A stretch of 64,000 nucleotides of DNA, from positions 10,744-74,743 of the forward strand of contig JAJEET010000128.1 of assembly GCA_022820835.1 (NCBI GenBank), read 5' to 3'. The notes beneath the pieces were generated by a model. The model was not told the DNA's origin. It saw only the letters and a program-made list of their open reading frames with translations, and made no database searches. Made by a program: the position numbers and the translations under genes. Shown piece by piece: positions 1 through 9,645 of the stretch (position 1 is its first letter; every line of letters begins with the position of its first letter). This DNA is from Candidatus Poribacteria bacterium. Lineage in GTDB: Bacteria; Poribacteria; WGA-4E; WGA-3G.

Positions 1-1
1 G

Positions 2-667
2 CACAGCAAGAGAGATAAAGATAATGTATGTAAAACAGTTGGTGTGCCTAACCCTATCTCACCGGACATACTCAATGCTGAACAGAAGCAGCTAACACAA
101 GAACTAAATCTCACCGGCTGTCCACGTATCGGGATCCTGATCGGCGGGAGAGACCGACACGAAACTATCACGACTGCAGATGCTGAGGCACTGTATAAAG
201 TTTGCAAGGGAGCCGCGGCAGAATTGAAAGTGCAGGCATTGGTGACAACATCGCCTCGGACACCGACAGATGTAGTGGAGCACTTATCGTCAATGCTGAA
301 ACATGCCGACTGGTGCCCACTTTTCATTGAACCGAACACGCCTTCAGCACTTACGGATCCGTATCAAGCCATCCTCGCTTTAAGCGATCTCCTTATCGTC
401 ACCGCGGATAGTTTCTCTATGGTATGTGAGGCTGCGAGCAGTGGTCGTCCAGTTATCGTTCTTACATTATCAAGAGAAAGGACGAAGAAACCTAAGCGAT
501 ACATGGTCTACGAGTCTATGGAACAACACGCCGTCGTCCGTCAATGTAGGCTTGATAGTTTAAAACAATGTATCGTTGATGGCATTACTTCGCGTGTGCC
601 GAACACGCCGCTCCGAGATACCGAAACAGCTGCAGAGGCAATCAACCGTTTAATGATTAGCAGTTAA
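2..667 (+). CDS. ELM1/DUF1022-family protein, C-terminal part; the 5' end is cut by the window edge
   Basis: The frame is open from nt 2 to the stop at 665-667, so GTG 44 is only the first in-window start. RIGILIGG, VTTSPRTP and LIVTADSFSMVCEAASSGRPV match the conserved C-terminal half of the ELM1 family as I remember it. Confidence 0.6.
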   Translation, partial: HSKRDKDNVCKTVGVPNPISPDILNAEQKQLTQELNLTGCPRIGILIGGRDRHETITTADAEALYKVCKGAAAELKVQALVTTSPRTPTDVVEHLSSMLKHADWCPLFIEPNTPSALTDPYQAILALSDLLIVTADSFSMVCEAASSGRPVIVLTLSRERTKKPKRYMVYESMEQHAVVRQCRLDSLKQCIVDGITSRVPNTPLRDTETAAEAINRLMISS

Positions 668-764
668 TTCAAAATAGTGGAACCTTTTTTCGTTATCGGT
701 GTGATAATTCGTGAAACCTGAAAGTTGATACAATCAACCATAATTTCACCGAAGGAGACGAACA

Positions 765-2069
765 GTGAAAACCAAACATATTGTCCGCACGCTTACCGTT
801 TTGATTGTGATCGGAACAGTTGCGTTTTTCGTTGCACCTATTGATGCACAAACTGCCCAGACCACAGAAGACGCTTGGGGAACTTGGATTGACGAACAGA
901 CCGACACAGTGCTAAAGTCTGCTGAAGAGATGGACGACACACGACGCGCCGAGATGCGTGCGAGCATTCGTGCGAAGTTTGCGGCACTCGCAGCAGAACT
1001 GAAAAATGAGATAGTGTCGCCACCGCAGACGCAGGACTATGCCATTCTGCAGACGGTCAAAGAACTGCGAAATACTTATGATGATGGCTATAATCGCAAA
1101 CATGAGGACACCACTGTGCGTGTCTCATACAAAGTAGGAGATACCGAAATTTTCGCGTATGACGAAAAGGTTCCACTCGCCGAAGTGGACGCGAAATATC
1201 CGCGTGACACCTGGCTTCGGATGCTCCTTGAGAAAGGTATTACGATAAAGACTGCAGATGCGTACTGGAAATACCTTTTCCTACGAGACACGTTAGCGCA
1301 GCTTGAAAAGCAGCCGCAAGTATGGACATCCGGACACTTCGGTATCACGCCTACAGAGGATTGGGAAACCTATAAAACCGATTATATTGAGCGAGAACTC
1401 GATCAAATTCAAACAAAGCTCAAAAAAAAGAAACAGCCGCGTATATTGTATGCTGATGATAAAACCTTAAAAACCTATCGCAATCTTATAGAGGAACACG
1501 GCGGACTCGAAGATGTGCTTCGTGTGCTGCCGCGATCTATTCCTAAAGGGATAGACCTTTCGGAGGGATTCAAGTACGTCGTAGTCCCGCAAACTGTTAA
1601 GGCACTCCGTGATGCTTACGACGAGAAGTACAACGAAAAATATGCGATAACCTCAGGGAGTGTCAGCTACAAACGTGAGGGCACGACTGTTTTTAAGTAC
1701 GAGATTCCACTCCCGATGAGCGAAGTCGATAAGAAATATCAGCGGGACAAATGGCTTCAGATGCTCCTTGACAAAGGAATCACGATTGACAACTTTGAAG
1801 AGTATTGGACCTATCTATCAAAGCGGGATGAATTAGTGGCATTGGAAAACAATCCAAAAGTCTGGTCTTCTGGACTCTTCGGTATTTCACCGACCGATAA
1901 TTGGAAAACTTATAAAGCGGCGTATCTGAAACAGATGTTCGATAAACTCCACAGTACAAAAAAGAACATCATCTACCACAGCAAAACGGATACAGAGGAG
2001 ACACTTAAAAAAGCGAGGGAACTACTTGAGGAACTCCAACGAGATCAGCGTTCGCTGTTTGACCGTTAA
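765..2069 (+). CDS. Secreted hypothetical protein with two tandem ~120-aa homologous modules
   Basis: Signal peptide LTVLIVIGTVAFFVAPIDA/QT. Modules at aa ~96-215 and ~276-395 align clearly (YPRDTWLRMLLEKGITI..VWTSGHFGITPTEDWETYK vs YQRDKWLQMLLDKGITI..VWSSGLFGISPTDNWKTYK). No known family recognised. A hairpin terminator follows. Confidence 0.8.
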   Translation: MKTKHIVRTLTVLIVIGTVAFFVAPIDAQTAQTTEDAWGTWIDEQTDTVLKSAEEMDDTRRAEMRASIRAKFAALAAELKNEIVSPPQTQDYAILQTVKELRNTYDDGYNRKHEDTTVRVSYKVGDTEIFAYDEKVPLAEVDAKYPRDTWLRMLLEKGITIKTADAYWKYLFLRDTLAQLEKQPQVWTSGHFGITPTEDWETYKTDYIERELDQIQTKLKKKKQPRILYADDKTLKTYRNLIEEHGGLEDVLRVLPRSIPKGIDLSEGFKYVVVPQTVKALRDAYDEKYNEKYAITSGSVSYKREGTTVFKYEIPLPMSEVDKKYQRDKWLQMLLDKGITIDNFEEYWTYLSKRDELVALENNPKVWSSGLFGISPTDNWKTYKAAYLKQMFDKLHSTKKNIIYHSKTDTEETLKKARELLEELQRDQRSLFDR

Positions 2070-2090
2070 AACCTGCTAAATGCACGTTTT

Positions 2091-2120
2091 AAGGCGAGGT
2101 CCGAGGACCTCGCCTTTTCT
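2091..2120 (+). terminator. Rho-independent terminator after the 765-2069 gene
   Basis: Perfect 12-bp stem AAGGCGAGGTCC / GGACCTCGCCTT with a 2-nt loop, followed by TTCT, 22 nt after the stop codon. Confidence 0.7.
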
Positions 2121-2161
2121 GTTAATGTAGCACAAATTTTTAGTTTGTGGTATTTCTCTGG

Positions 2162-3142
2162 TTAATTCGCTTGTGGCATGGAACTTTCCATGGTTGGCAC
2201 GGCATCTTCCATAACAGGCGTTGAATCTTCCGCTGCAGGTTGATAATATCCCGAACCAAAGAGGTATCCATCATGTCGGATTGCCCATGTGCGCTTCATC
2301 TCATCCATACCACTTTCGGGGTTCGGCCACAAGTACTCGATCCAGTGTCCTGTACCTGTCGCTTTCGCAATTTCTACGCCCAGTGCTGACCCATCAAGTC
2401 CTATGACATCCTTTAGGTCTGTTCCTACTAACTCCTGCATCGGTGCGTGCGCGACGAAGAGATCGTCTGCATCGGTGATAAAGACATACCACTGCCCATC
2501 AATACTTGCTGGATCGTTGTAGTGTGCTGCTACAGCATCAACACCCTCAGATTCATAACGGGCAACTGCCGCTAAGACAAAGGCGCGCGTAAATGATTCT
2601 GGGTCATCTTTTGAAACTGTAAGAAGTGTCTCAGGATCAGGGCTCCACGGTTCATAATATCCCGAAGCGAAGAGGTAACCGTCGTGACGAATTGACCACG
2701 TGCGTTTTAGTTCTAACTTATTCGTTTTAGGATTCGGCCACCAGTACTCAGTCCAGTGCCCCTCGGTCGTTGTCATCGCAATCTCTGCACCTATGTATGC
2801 TCCATCAATTCCAGGAATTTCCGTTATATCCCTACCGATAAACCGCGGTATCAATGGGTGTGCGAGATAGATATTGTTTTCATCAGTCATAAAGACATAC
2901 CATTGTCCTTGAATATTTGCTGGATCGTTGTAGTAGGTTGCGGTAGTTTCAGCCCCTTCCGCTTTGTAAAGATCAATCGCAGCCTGCACGAAGGCGACTG
3001 TAAACGCCTCTGGATCATCCGTTGTAGGCATCTCAGGTTGTGTAACGGCATCCATCATCGATTCTGTCATCGGTCTATCGCAGCCAGTGATATTAATCGC
3101 TGCGAATCCTATTAAAAGTAAAATCAACAAAAAATTTCTCAA
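2162..3142 (-). CDS. Lipoprotein with two tandem single-Cache (sCache_2-like) ligand-binding domains and no output domain
   Basis: Lipobox LLLIGFAAINITG/C. Two ~135-aa modules each show GQWYVF.TD..L..AH...G.D...G.DG...G.EI....GHW.EY.WPNP....K.TW.IRHDGYLF.SGYY, the typical Cache-domain pattern. Confidence 0.7.
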   Translation of the reverse strand: MRNFLLILLLIGFAAINITGCDRPMTESMMDAVTQPEMPTTDDPEAFTVAFVQAAIDLYKAEGAETTATYYNDPANIQGQWYVFMTDENNIYLAHPLIPRFIGRDITEIPGIDGAYIGAEIAMTTTEGHWTEYWWPNPKTNKLELKRTWSIRHDGYLFASGYYEPWSPDPETLLTVSKDDPESFTRAFVLAAVARYESEGVDAVAAHYNDPASIDGQWYVFITDADDLFVAHAPMQELVGTDLKDVIGLDGSALGVEIAKATGTGHWIEYLWPNPESGMDEMKRTWAIRHDGYLFGSGYYQPAAEDSTPVMEDAVPTMESSMPQAN

Positions 3143-3300
3143 TTTTTGACTCCTTTTTTAGTCAATAAAATTTAGTTCACTTTAATTATAATCACTTATT
3201 CCGCGATTGTCAAATGCGTCGTTTTTTTGCTTGCTATTTTTCCGCGTATACGATAGGCTAAGTATCAGAAACTGATCCATTCTATTGATAGGAAATTTTC

Positions 3301-4530
3301 ATGTCTAAACAATTGGCAATTTCAGGCGGTACACCTGTCCGTAACATAGAAAACGAACCGTGGCACTCATGGCCCCTCACGACAAGCGAGGAGTGGGAAT
3401 CAAAAGTCGAACCGCTGCTCCGAGAGGTATATTTGAGTGGCAACGAAGGTTCCGGTGGCACGATGATTAACCGTTTCGGTGAACAGTATGCAGAGTATAC
3501 TGGAACAAACTACGCGCTCTTTATGCCACACGGCACGGATTCGATTAGTGCTGCCTTAGCCGGTGCGCTTGACCTTGACGGATTCAGCGATGGCGGCGAA
3601 GTGATTGTGCCGAACTATACGTTTGTGGCGACTGCAAGCGCGGTATTAGAACGGCGATGCACTGTGGCGTTCGTCGATATTTCACCGGAGACGTTTACGA
3701 TTGATCCAGCAGGTGTTGAAGCGGCTATTACCTCAGAAACCCGTGCGATCTTGCCTGTCCACCTCGGTGGTCATCCGGCAGACATGGGTGCGTTACGAGA
3801 GATTGCCCAACGCCACCAACTTGCAATTATTGAGGACTGCGCGCAGGCACACGGTGCAGAATACCAGACGAAAAGGGTCGGATCCCTCAGCGATGTCGGT
3901 GCGTTCAGTTTCCAAGCATCAAAAAACCTGACTTCTGGTGAAGGGGGCATGGTCACAACAAACGACAAAGACATCCACGATCGTGTTTGTGCTTTCATGA
4001 ACGTCGGACGTGCTCCGGGTGGTGCGAGATGGGAATATCCGCGTCTTGGATGGAACTACCGTCCGTCAGAATACCTCGCGGCGATACTGCTGGTGCGTTT
4101 GGAACTTTTGGAGACGCAAACCGATCTCCGTAACCGTAATGCTGCGTATCTCTCCGGTGCTTTAGAAGCGATTGATGGCATCACACCGCCGCAACTTGCG
4201 CCGTGGGCTACGAAGCACGGGTATCACCTTTACTGCTTGAAATATAACCCTGAAGGTTTCAGTGGCAAATCTCGGCAAGAGTTTGTCGCTGCGCTTTCCG
4301 CTGAAGGGATCCCATGTTCCATCGGCTATCGGTCTCCGCTTTCGGAGGAACCCGGTATGGCACATGTGGCATCGAAATATCCGCATCTCATCCGGTCTCT
4401 GCCTTGTCCAAACGCTGCATTCGTTTGTGAACAGAGCGTATGGCTCTTCCAACATCTTTTCCTCGGTTCGGAAACGGATATGGATCAAATTGCGGAGGCT
4501 ATCGCGAAGATTCACAAGGCGTGGAATTGA
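3301..4530 (+). CDS. DegT/DnrJ/EryC1/StrS-family PLP-dependent aminotransferase
   Basis: 409 aa. DCAQAHGA and FSFQASKNLTSGEGG (PLP-lysine region) are family signatures. ATG start. Confidence 0.85.
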   Translation: MSKQLAISGGTPVRNIENEPWHSWPLTTSEEWESKVEPLLREVYLSGNEGSGGTMINRFGEQYAEYTGTNYALFMPHGTDSISAALAGALDLDGFSDGGEVIVPNYTFVATASAVLERRCTVAFVDISPETFTIDPAGVEAAITSETRAILPVHLGGHPADMGALREIAQRHQLAIIEDCAQAHGAEYQTKRVGSLSDVGAFSFQASKNLTSGEGGMVTTNDKDIHDRVCAFMNVGRAPGGARWEYPRLGWNYRPSEYLAAILLVRLELLETQTDLRNRNAAYLSGALEAIDGITPPQLAPWATKHGYHLYCLKYNPEGFSGKSRQEFVAALSAEGIPCSIGYRSPLSEEPGMAHVASKYPHLIRSLPCPNAAFVCEQSVWLFQHLFLGSETDMDQIAEAIAKIHKAWN

Positions 4531-4588
4531 GTACGACACCTCGGCTCGAAGGTTAGAAACGTTGCGGACATCTCGTTAAAAAATTCCG

Positions 4589-6400
4589 ATGCACTCACAC
4601 AGCAGCAAACCGCTCCTTGTTTACGATAATGACTGCGATTTTTGCCGGTACTGGGTTGTGCAGTGGCAACATATCACAGGCGACCGTATTGACTACGCGC
4701 CGTCCGAAGAAGTGGCAGCACAATTCACAGACATCCCGCTTTCAGCGTTTGAAAGTTCGGTGCAGTTAATTTTGGAAAACGGTGCAGTTTTCAACGGTGC
4801 TGAGGCTGTTTTTCGCGCCTTGGATAACGGTTTGCTCCTCCAGTGCTACAACCGGCTGCCCGGATTCGCGAAAGTGTCGGAAGGCATCTACCAGTTGGTC
4901 GCACAGAATCGTCCGTTTTTCTCTACAGTGACGCGTTGGTTTTGGGGGACACACACCGAACGAACAGCGTTTCACTTCTCACGATGGCTGTTTCTACGTG
5001 CCATCGGGTGTATTTACCTCATCGCATTTCTGTCGTTATGGGTTCAGATACATGGACTCATCGGTCGCAACGGCATTTTACCAGTAGACCAATTTTTGAC
5101 GGCTGTGCATCAACAAGTCGGAACCTCCGGTTATCACGCTGTTCCGACACTGCTCTGGCTGAACCCATCAGATGCCAGTCTCCATTTCTTATGTGCCGGT
5201 GGTGTTGTCCTGTCTCTAATTCTAATAGCGGGTTTCTTTCCCACTTTCGCTTTAGTCAGTTTATGGGTGTTTTATTTGTCTCTTGTGTCAGCCGGGCAGG
5301 CATTTCTGAGTTTCCAATGGGATGTGCTGCTCTTAGAAGCAGGGTTTTTAGCAATTTTTTTCGCACCGCTGCGAATTCGTGATACACTTTCGCGGGTGTC
5401 CCAAGTTTCCACTACGTTTTTGTGGCTTTTAAGATGGCTGCTGTTCCGGTTGATGTTTGCTTCAGGGTTCGTCAAACTTGCGAGCGATACGGTATGGCGA
5501 GACCTGACTGCCCTTAACTTCCATTATGAGACACAACCGTTGCCGACATGGATCGGGTGGTACGCGCACCAGCTGCCTGAATGGCTCCAAAAAATCTCTG
5601 TTATCGGTATGTTCGCCGTTGAATTGGTCGTCCCGTTTCTGATTTTTGCGCCGCGCCGTTTACGAGCTGCCGGATGTATCGGATTGATCGGACTACAAGG
5701 ACTCATCATCCTGACAGGAAATTACTGCTTTTTCAACCTACTGACGATTGTCCTGTGTCTCCTTCTGATTGATGATGCGACATGGAAAGGTCTATTACCT
5801 AAACGGTTCATACCCGATTTTCAATCCGTCGGACGGTCATCTCACCGATATTGGCGTGTCTGCGTAGTGGTAGTGGCGATGCTTCTCTTCGTCTTGAGCA
5901 GCATCCGATTCGGTGGACAACTCTTTAGAGAGGCAAGGCTACCCGACCTTGCTTGGATTAGACCTTTTCGGAGTGTGAACACCTATGGACTTTTTGCCGA
6001 TATGACGGAATCGCGTCCCGAAGTTATCGTTGAAGGTAGCAACGACCGGATAGCATGGAAACCCTACGAATTTCGCTGGAAACCGGGGAAACTGACAGAC
6101 GCTCCGAAATGGGTTGCCCCGCACCAACCACGATTGGATTGGCAAATGTGGTTTGCCGCGCTTCAAGGCAACTATCAAAACACGTACTGGTTCCCCAATT
6201 TCATGGTGGCACTCTTACAAAACAGACCCGAAGTTTTACAGTTACTATCGGAGAACCCATTTCCTGACACACCACCCCGTTACGTCCGTGCGACGCTTTA
6301 CGACTATCACTTTACCGATATTGAAACTAAACGTTCTGAAGGAACATGGTGGTCGCGTGAGCGGAAGGGGATTTATTGCCCCGCGATTTCGCTCCGTTAA
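4589..6400 (+). CDS. DCC-type thiol-disulfide oxidoreductase domain (DUF393) fused to a lipase-maturation-factor (LMF) family membrane domain
   Basis: N-terminal LVYDNDCDFCRYWV carries the CxxC of the DCC family. It is followed by ~10 predicted TM helices and the LMF-like C-terminus (HQPRLDWQMWFAAL). Confidence 0.7.
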   Translation: MHSHSSKPLLVYDNDCDFCRYWVVQWQHITGDRIDYAPSEEVAAQFTDIPLSAFESSVQLILENGAVFNGAEAVFRALDNGLLLQCYNRLPGFAKVSEGIYQLVAQNRPFFSTVTRWFWGTHTERTAFHFSRWLFLRAIGCIYLIAFLSLWVQIHGLIGRNGILPVDQFLTAVHQQVGTSGYHAVPTLLWLNPSDASLHFLCAGGVVLSLILIAGFFPTFALVSLWVFYLSLVSAGQAFLSFQWDVLLLEAGFLAIFFAPLRIRDTLSRVSQVSTTFLWLLRWLLFRLMFASGFVKLASDTVWRDLTALNFHYETQPLPTWIGWYAHQLPEWLQKISVIGMFAVELVVPFLIFAPRRLRAAGCIGLIGLQGLIILTGNYCFFNLLTIVLCLLLIDDATWKGLLPKRFIPDFQSVGRSSHRYWRVCVVVVAMLLFVLSSIRFGGQLFREARLPDLAWIRPFRSVNTYGLFADMTESRPEVIVEGSNDRIAWKPYEFRWKPGKLTDAPKWVAPHQPRLDWQMWFAALQGNYQNTYWFPNFMVALLQNRPEVLQLLSENPFPDTPPRYVRATLYDYHFTDIETKRSEGTWWSRERKGIYCPAISLR

Positions 6401-6425
6401 CTTCACCGACCCGATAGGAGAATTT

Positions 6426-7196
6426 ATGCCGAGTCAATTTTTAGAGGTTGCTTCGGAAGCAGCCAAAAACGCTGAAGAGATTATCACCGCTTACTACACC
6501 GACGATACTATGAAGGTCGAACTGAAAGATGATGAAACGCCGGTCACACTCGCCGATAGGGGTGCGGAAAAAGTTATCCGCGAAACCATCAAAGCGGCGT
6601 TTCCAGATCACGGGTTTTTAGGGGAGGAATACGGCATCGAAGAGGGTGATTCACCTTACGTCTGGATCATCGACCCAATTGATGCAACAAAGAATTACAT
6701 CCGAAAAATCCCGATCTTCGGCACACAGATTGCATTGATGAAAGGTGATGACCTGATTCTCGGTGTTTCCAACGCGCCGCTTCTGAATGAGTTGCTTTAT
6801 GCAGAGGCGGGAAGTGGTGCTTTTCTCAACAGCAAACCGATAGCCGTTTCGAGCGTAGCACATCCCGAAGAGGCAATGATCTGCCACGGTGGTCTGAGGT
6901 GGTTCACAGAGAAAGGCACCTTTCCCGGTGTCTACAACCTTATCAACGACGTTGGGCGTTCCAGAGGGTTTGGAGATTTCTACATGTATCATCTCGTGGC
7001 TTCTGCGCGAGCGGATGTCGTTGTGGAGGCGGCGATTAGTATTTGGGACATCGCTGCCATCACAGTTATCGTGCAGGAAGCCGGTGGGAAAGTAACGGAT
7101 ATACAAGGACAACCCATTACAAAAGATACCGATTCACTCATAGCAACGAATGGGGTGCTGCATAACACCATACTGGACTACTTTAAAGATGCCTAA
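6426..7196 (+). CDS. Inositol monophosphatase family protein (SuhB/HisN-like)
   Basis: ATG 6426 follows ATAGGAG. The longer track ORF from 6114 overlaps the upstream gene. Motifs FLGEEYG and WIIDPIDATKNY are present. Confidence 0.85.
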   Translation: MPSQFLEVASEAAKNAEEIITAYYTDDTMKVELKDDETPVTLADRGAEKVIRETIKAAFPDHGFLGEEYGIEEGDSPYVWIIDPIDATKNYIRKIPIFGTQIALMKGDDLILGVSNAPLLNELLYAEAGSGAFLNSKPIAVSSVAHPEEAMICHGGLRWFTEKGTFPGVYNLINDVGRSRGFGDFYMYHLVASARADVVVEAAISIWDIAAITVIVQEAGGKVTDIQGQPITKDTDSLIATNGVLHNTILDYFKDA

Positions 7197-7210
7197 CTGC
7201 AGATTTTGAT

Positions 7211-8098
7211 TTACCACCAAGCGGTTCGGTGATATCCCGTCAAGTCAATTTCCTGACCGAAGGATGAAAGCATTATAACGGTTGTTGTGGGTTCAAATGT
7301 GCAACCGTATGCACGAAGAGGTGCCTCATACCTTCCGCCTTCCGCTGTTTGCCACGTGCGAGGTGTAGGTATTGCCGATTGGAGTGATGCAATAACTTCC
7401 ATTGGATCCACATCCGGTGCAATAGGGTCACGGATTAATCCATGTCGATAATATTCTGAGGGTTCATCCCATCTCGCATAACCGACAATATTTTCACCCT
7501 GACGCAAAACACGGTACCCACCCATATTATACTGATGTACTTTTATGCTTTCCCGCTCGCAGCGCATTGGAAAATTGTGTTTTGCCCATCTTTCATCCAG
7601 TTGAGGGAAGGCACTTAAATCCTTTAGGTTTGTTTCTGTCCATTCAAGATGCGATGCATTCGGATTTGGTATGAGTTGTGTTCTAAGTTCCTGCGTCAAT
7701 ATCTGGTAGCCAACTTTCTGATACAGGCGAATAGCTGCCACTTCATCCGCATCAAGGATGCTTCCGCGATACCCTTTTCTTTGAAAGTGTGCGTGCAAAT
7801 CCTGCATCAAACGAGCGGCTATCCCTTGGCGACGCATATCTTGTGCAACAAAGACAGTACCTACTGTTACAAACCTCTGGCACTTGTCTTCAATGAAAAA
7901 CGACCAGGGTTCACCCCACACATGCCCTACGACTCTTTCATTGACAAGTGCTAAACGTATTCCCTCTGGTTCGAGGTGTGGACCCTCAAACTTATCTCGA
8001 TAGATGTTCTCATCAACTTGCTCAGCAGGTAACAACAGTTCCAAAACAGCATCATCATCACCAGGCTGCCAATGTCTATAAACGATTTTCTCAGGCAT
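7211..8098 (-). CDS. GNAT-family N-acetyltransferase with a C-terminal extension
   Basis: VFVAQDMRRQGIAARLM matches the acetyl-CoA-binding Q/RxxGxA motif of GNATs. 295 aa. Confidence 0.7.
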   Translation of the reverse strand: MPEKIVYRHWQPGDDDAVLELLLPAEQVDENIYRDKFEGPHLEPEGIRLALVNERVVGHVWGEPWSFFIEDKCQRFVTVGTVFVAQDMRRQGIAARLMQDLHAHFQRKGYRGSILDADEVAAIRLYQKVGYQILTQELRTQLIPNPNASHLEWTETNLKDLSAFPQLDERWAKHNFPMRCERESIKVHQYNMGGYRVLRQGENIVGYARWDEPSEYYRHGLIRDPIAPDVDPMEVIASLQSAIPTPRTWQTAEGGRYEAPLRAYGCTFEPTTTVIMLSSFGQEIDLTGYHRTAWW

Positions 8099-8466
8099 AC
8101 ATCTCCCTTGAAATATGAAATAGTTTATTCACTTTATACACAAAATCGGATGCACTTCTCTGGATGTGAGATTGAAAAAAGTTTCGCAGTTAAAAAGCAT
8201 AGGTCGTCGTCAATTTCCTGAAATTTTTGCAGATTCCATATTTTAACAGGAGCACTTCCCGGTAGAACATGTGTCGCCATCCATTTTGCATCTGTGAGAA
8301 AACAATCGTCCGTTTTGGAGAAAAATGCTATAATATACATCAGAGAACCTCTTTTGGTCAAAAGTTTGAGGATTCATTATACCAAAAGAGTTCACCTTAT
8401 ACAAAAATCTTCAATTATTTTAGGACTTACGCATTAAAGTTGCACGTAAGTCCCAAAGGAGTTTTT

Positions 8467-9411
8467 TTGAAAATCACAAAAACGATTTTGATTTTGGTGT
8501 TAGCGGCTGTCGTAGTGATTTGCTCTAGTGGCTGTGAAAAAATGGAAAAGATGTTTGAACCGGTTGTTGAAGATGATAAAGAGATACCCCCGCCGCCCGA
8601 GGGCATGGTGCTCATCCCTGCGGGTGATTTTCAGATGGGCAGCAACGATGGCTACGCCGATGAAAAGCCAGTGCATACTGTGCATGTAGATGCGTTCTAC
8701 ATGGACAAATACGAGGTGACAAACGCCGAATATAAGAAGTTCATAAATGCCAATCCAGACTGGGAAAAAGAACGTATCAATGCCCGTTTCCACGCAGGTT
8801 ATTATCTTTTCCAGTGGGATGGCAACAACTATCCTGCGGGTAAAGCCGACCACCCGGTTCAGGTAAGTTGGTATGCTGCGATGGCATACGCGAAATGGGC
8901 GGGTAAACGTCTGCCGACGGAAGCAGAGTGGGAGAAAGCGTCGCGTGGAGGCCTGTCAGGAGCGAAGTACCCGTGGGGTGATGCTGAACCGGATGGGACG
9001 CAGGGTAATTTCCAAATTATGTGGCTTGAGGAGGTGTTTGTAGATTGGGGGATATGGGAGACGGTAGAGCACGGTTTCGATGATGGTTATGTGGACACAG
9101 CACCTGTAGGAAGTTACGCAGCAAACGGGTACGGACTGTATGACATGGCGGGTAATGTAGCTGAATGGTGCCTTGACGAGTATAATAGTGTGTTTTACTC
9201 GGTATCTTCTGCTTATAATCCGCTTTCAGGCGCGAACAGCATAAAATGGATAGAGGATAACTATACAAGTGTTGATTCACATTCACGTCGCGTGCTCCGG
9301 GGCGGCGGATATTTCTATCCAGATACGGGGCAGCGTGCCGCCGCTCGAGGCCATCATTGGGCACTGAACACGATGGGTGGAATCCGTTGTGTAAGGGCAA
9401 TCTCACCCTAA
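8467..9411 (+). CDS. Lipoprotein with a formylglycine-generating-enzyme (FGE/SUMF1-type) domain
   Basis: A TTG start at 8467 lies 5 nt after AAGGAG (8456-8461) and gives MKITKTILILVLAAVVVICSSG/C. Motifs are GDFQMGS, PVHTVHVDAFYMDKYEVTNAEY, RLPTEAEWEKASRGG, GLYDMAGNVAEW and RVLRGGGY. Confidence 0.8.
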   Translation: MKITKTILILVLAAVVVICSSGCEKMEKMFEPVVEDDKEIPPPPEGMVLIPAGDFQMGSNDGYADEKPVHTVHVDAFYMDKYEVTNAEYKKFINANPDWEKERINARFHAGYYLFQWDGNNYPAGKADHPVQVSWYAAMAYAKWAGKRLPTEAEWEKASRGGLSGAKYPWGDAEPDGTQGNFQIMWLEEVFVDWGIWETVEHGFDDGYVDTAPVGSYAANGYGLYDMAGNVAEWCLDEYNSVFYSVSSAYNPLSGANSIKWIEDNYTSVDSHSRRVLRGGGYFYPDTGQRAAARGHHWALNTMGGIRCVRAISP

Positions 9412-9557
9412 ATCTGAATCAGGATTTTGGTATCTGGTCCGATTTTAAAATTTGGGGTTTGGAACCCCGAACCCAACAGATAGCAGCGCGGATCCATTCC
9501 CAATAATGCACGCAGAAAACCGAAAACTGAATGGTTCTGCATGTAGATATGATTTCC

Positions 9558-9586
9558 TTGAATATTTCAAAGAAACGTGTTATACT
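9558..9586 (+). promoter_or_regulatory. Sigma70-like promoter for the cyclase-family gene
   Basis: TTGAAT, 17 nt, TATACT, about 60 nt upstream of ATG 9646. Confidence 0.45.
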
Positions 9587-9645
9587 ACATAGCATAGCCT
9601 TGCAAAGGCGATATGTTTGTTTGTAGGAAGGAGAAACAGAACGAA

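Noticed and set aside
6114-6425. N-terminal 104-aa extension of the IMPase ORF. The same issue affects 8269-8466, 15733-15783, 21023-21184, 30603-30725, 37008-37079, 39346-39615, 60587-60634, 62276-62368 and 62762-62863.
   Set aside because: The extensions overlap upstream genes or promoters, lack an RBS and have odd composition. Internal starts with AGGAG-type RBS and proper signal peptides or family N-termini fit better.
8269-9411. FGE/SUMF1-type C-type-lectin-fold protein as a possible diversity-generating retroelement target.
   Set aside because: There is no reverse transcriptase, no template-repeat copy of the 3' end and no A-biased mismatch pattern anywhere in the window. The C-terminus looks like an ordinary SUMF1 domain.
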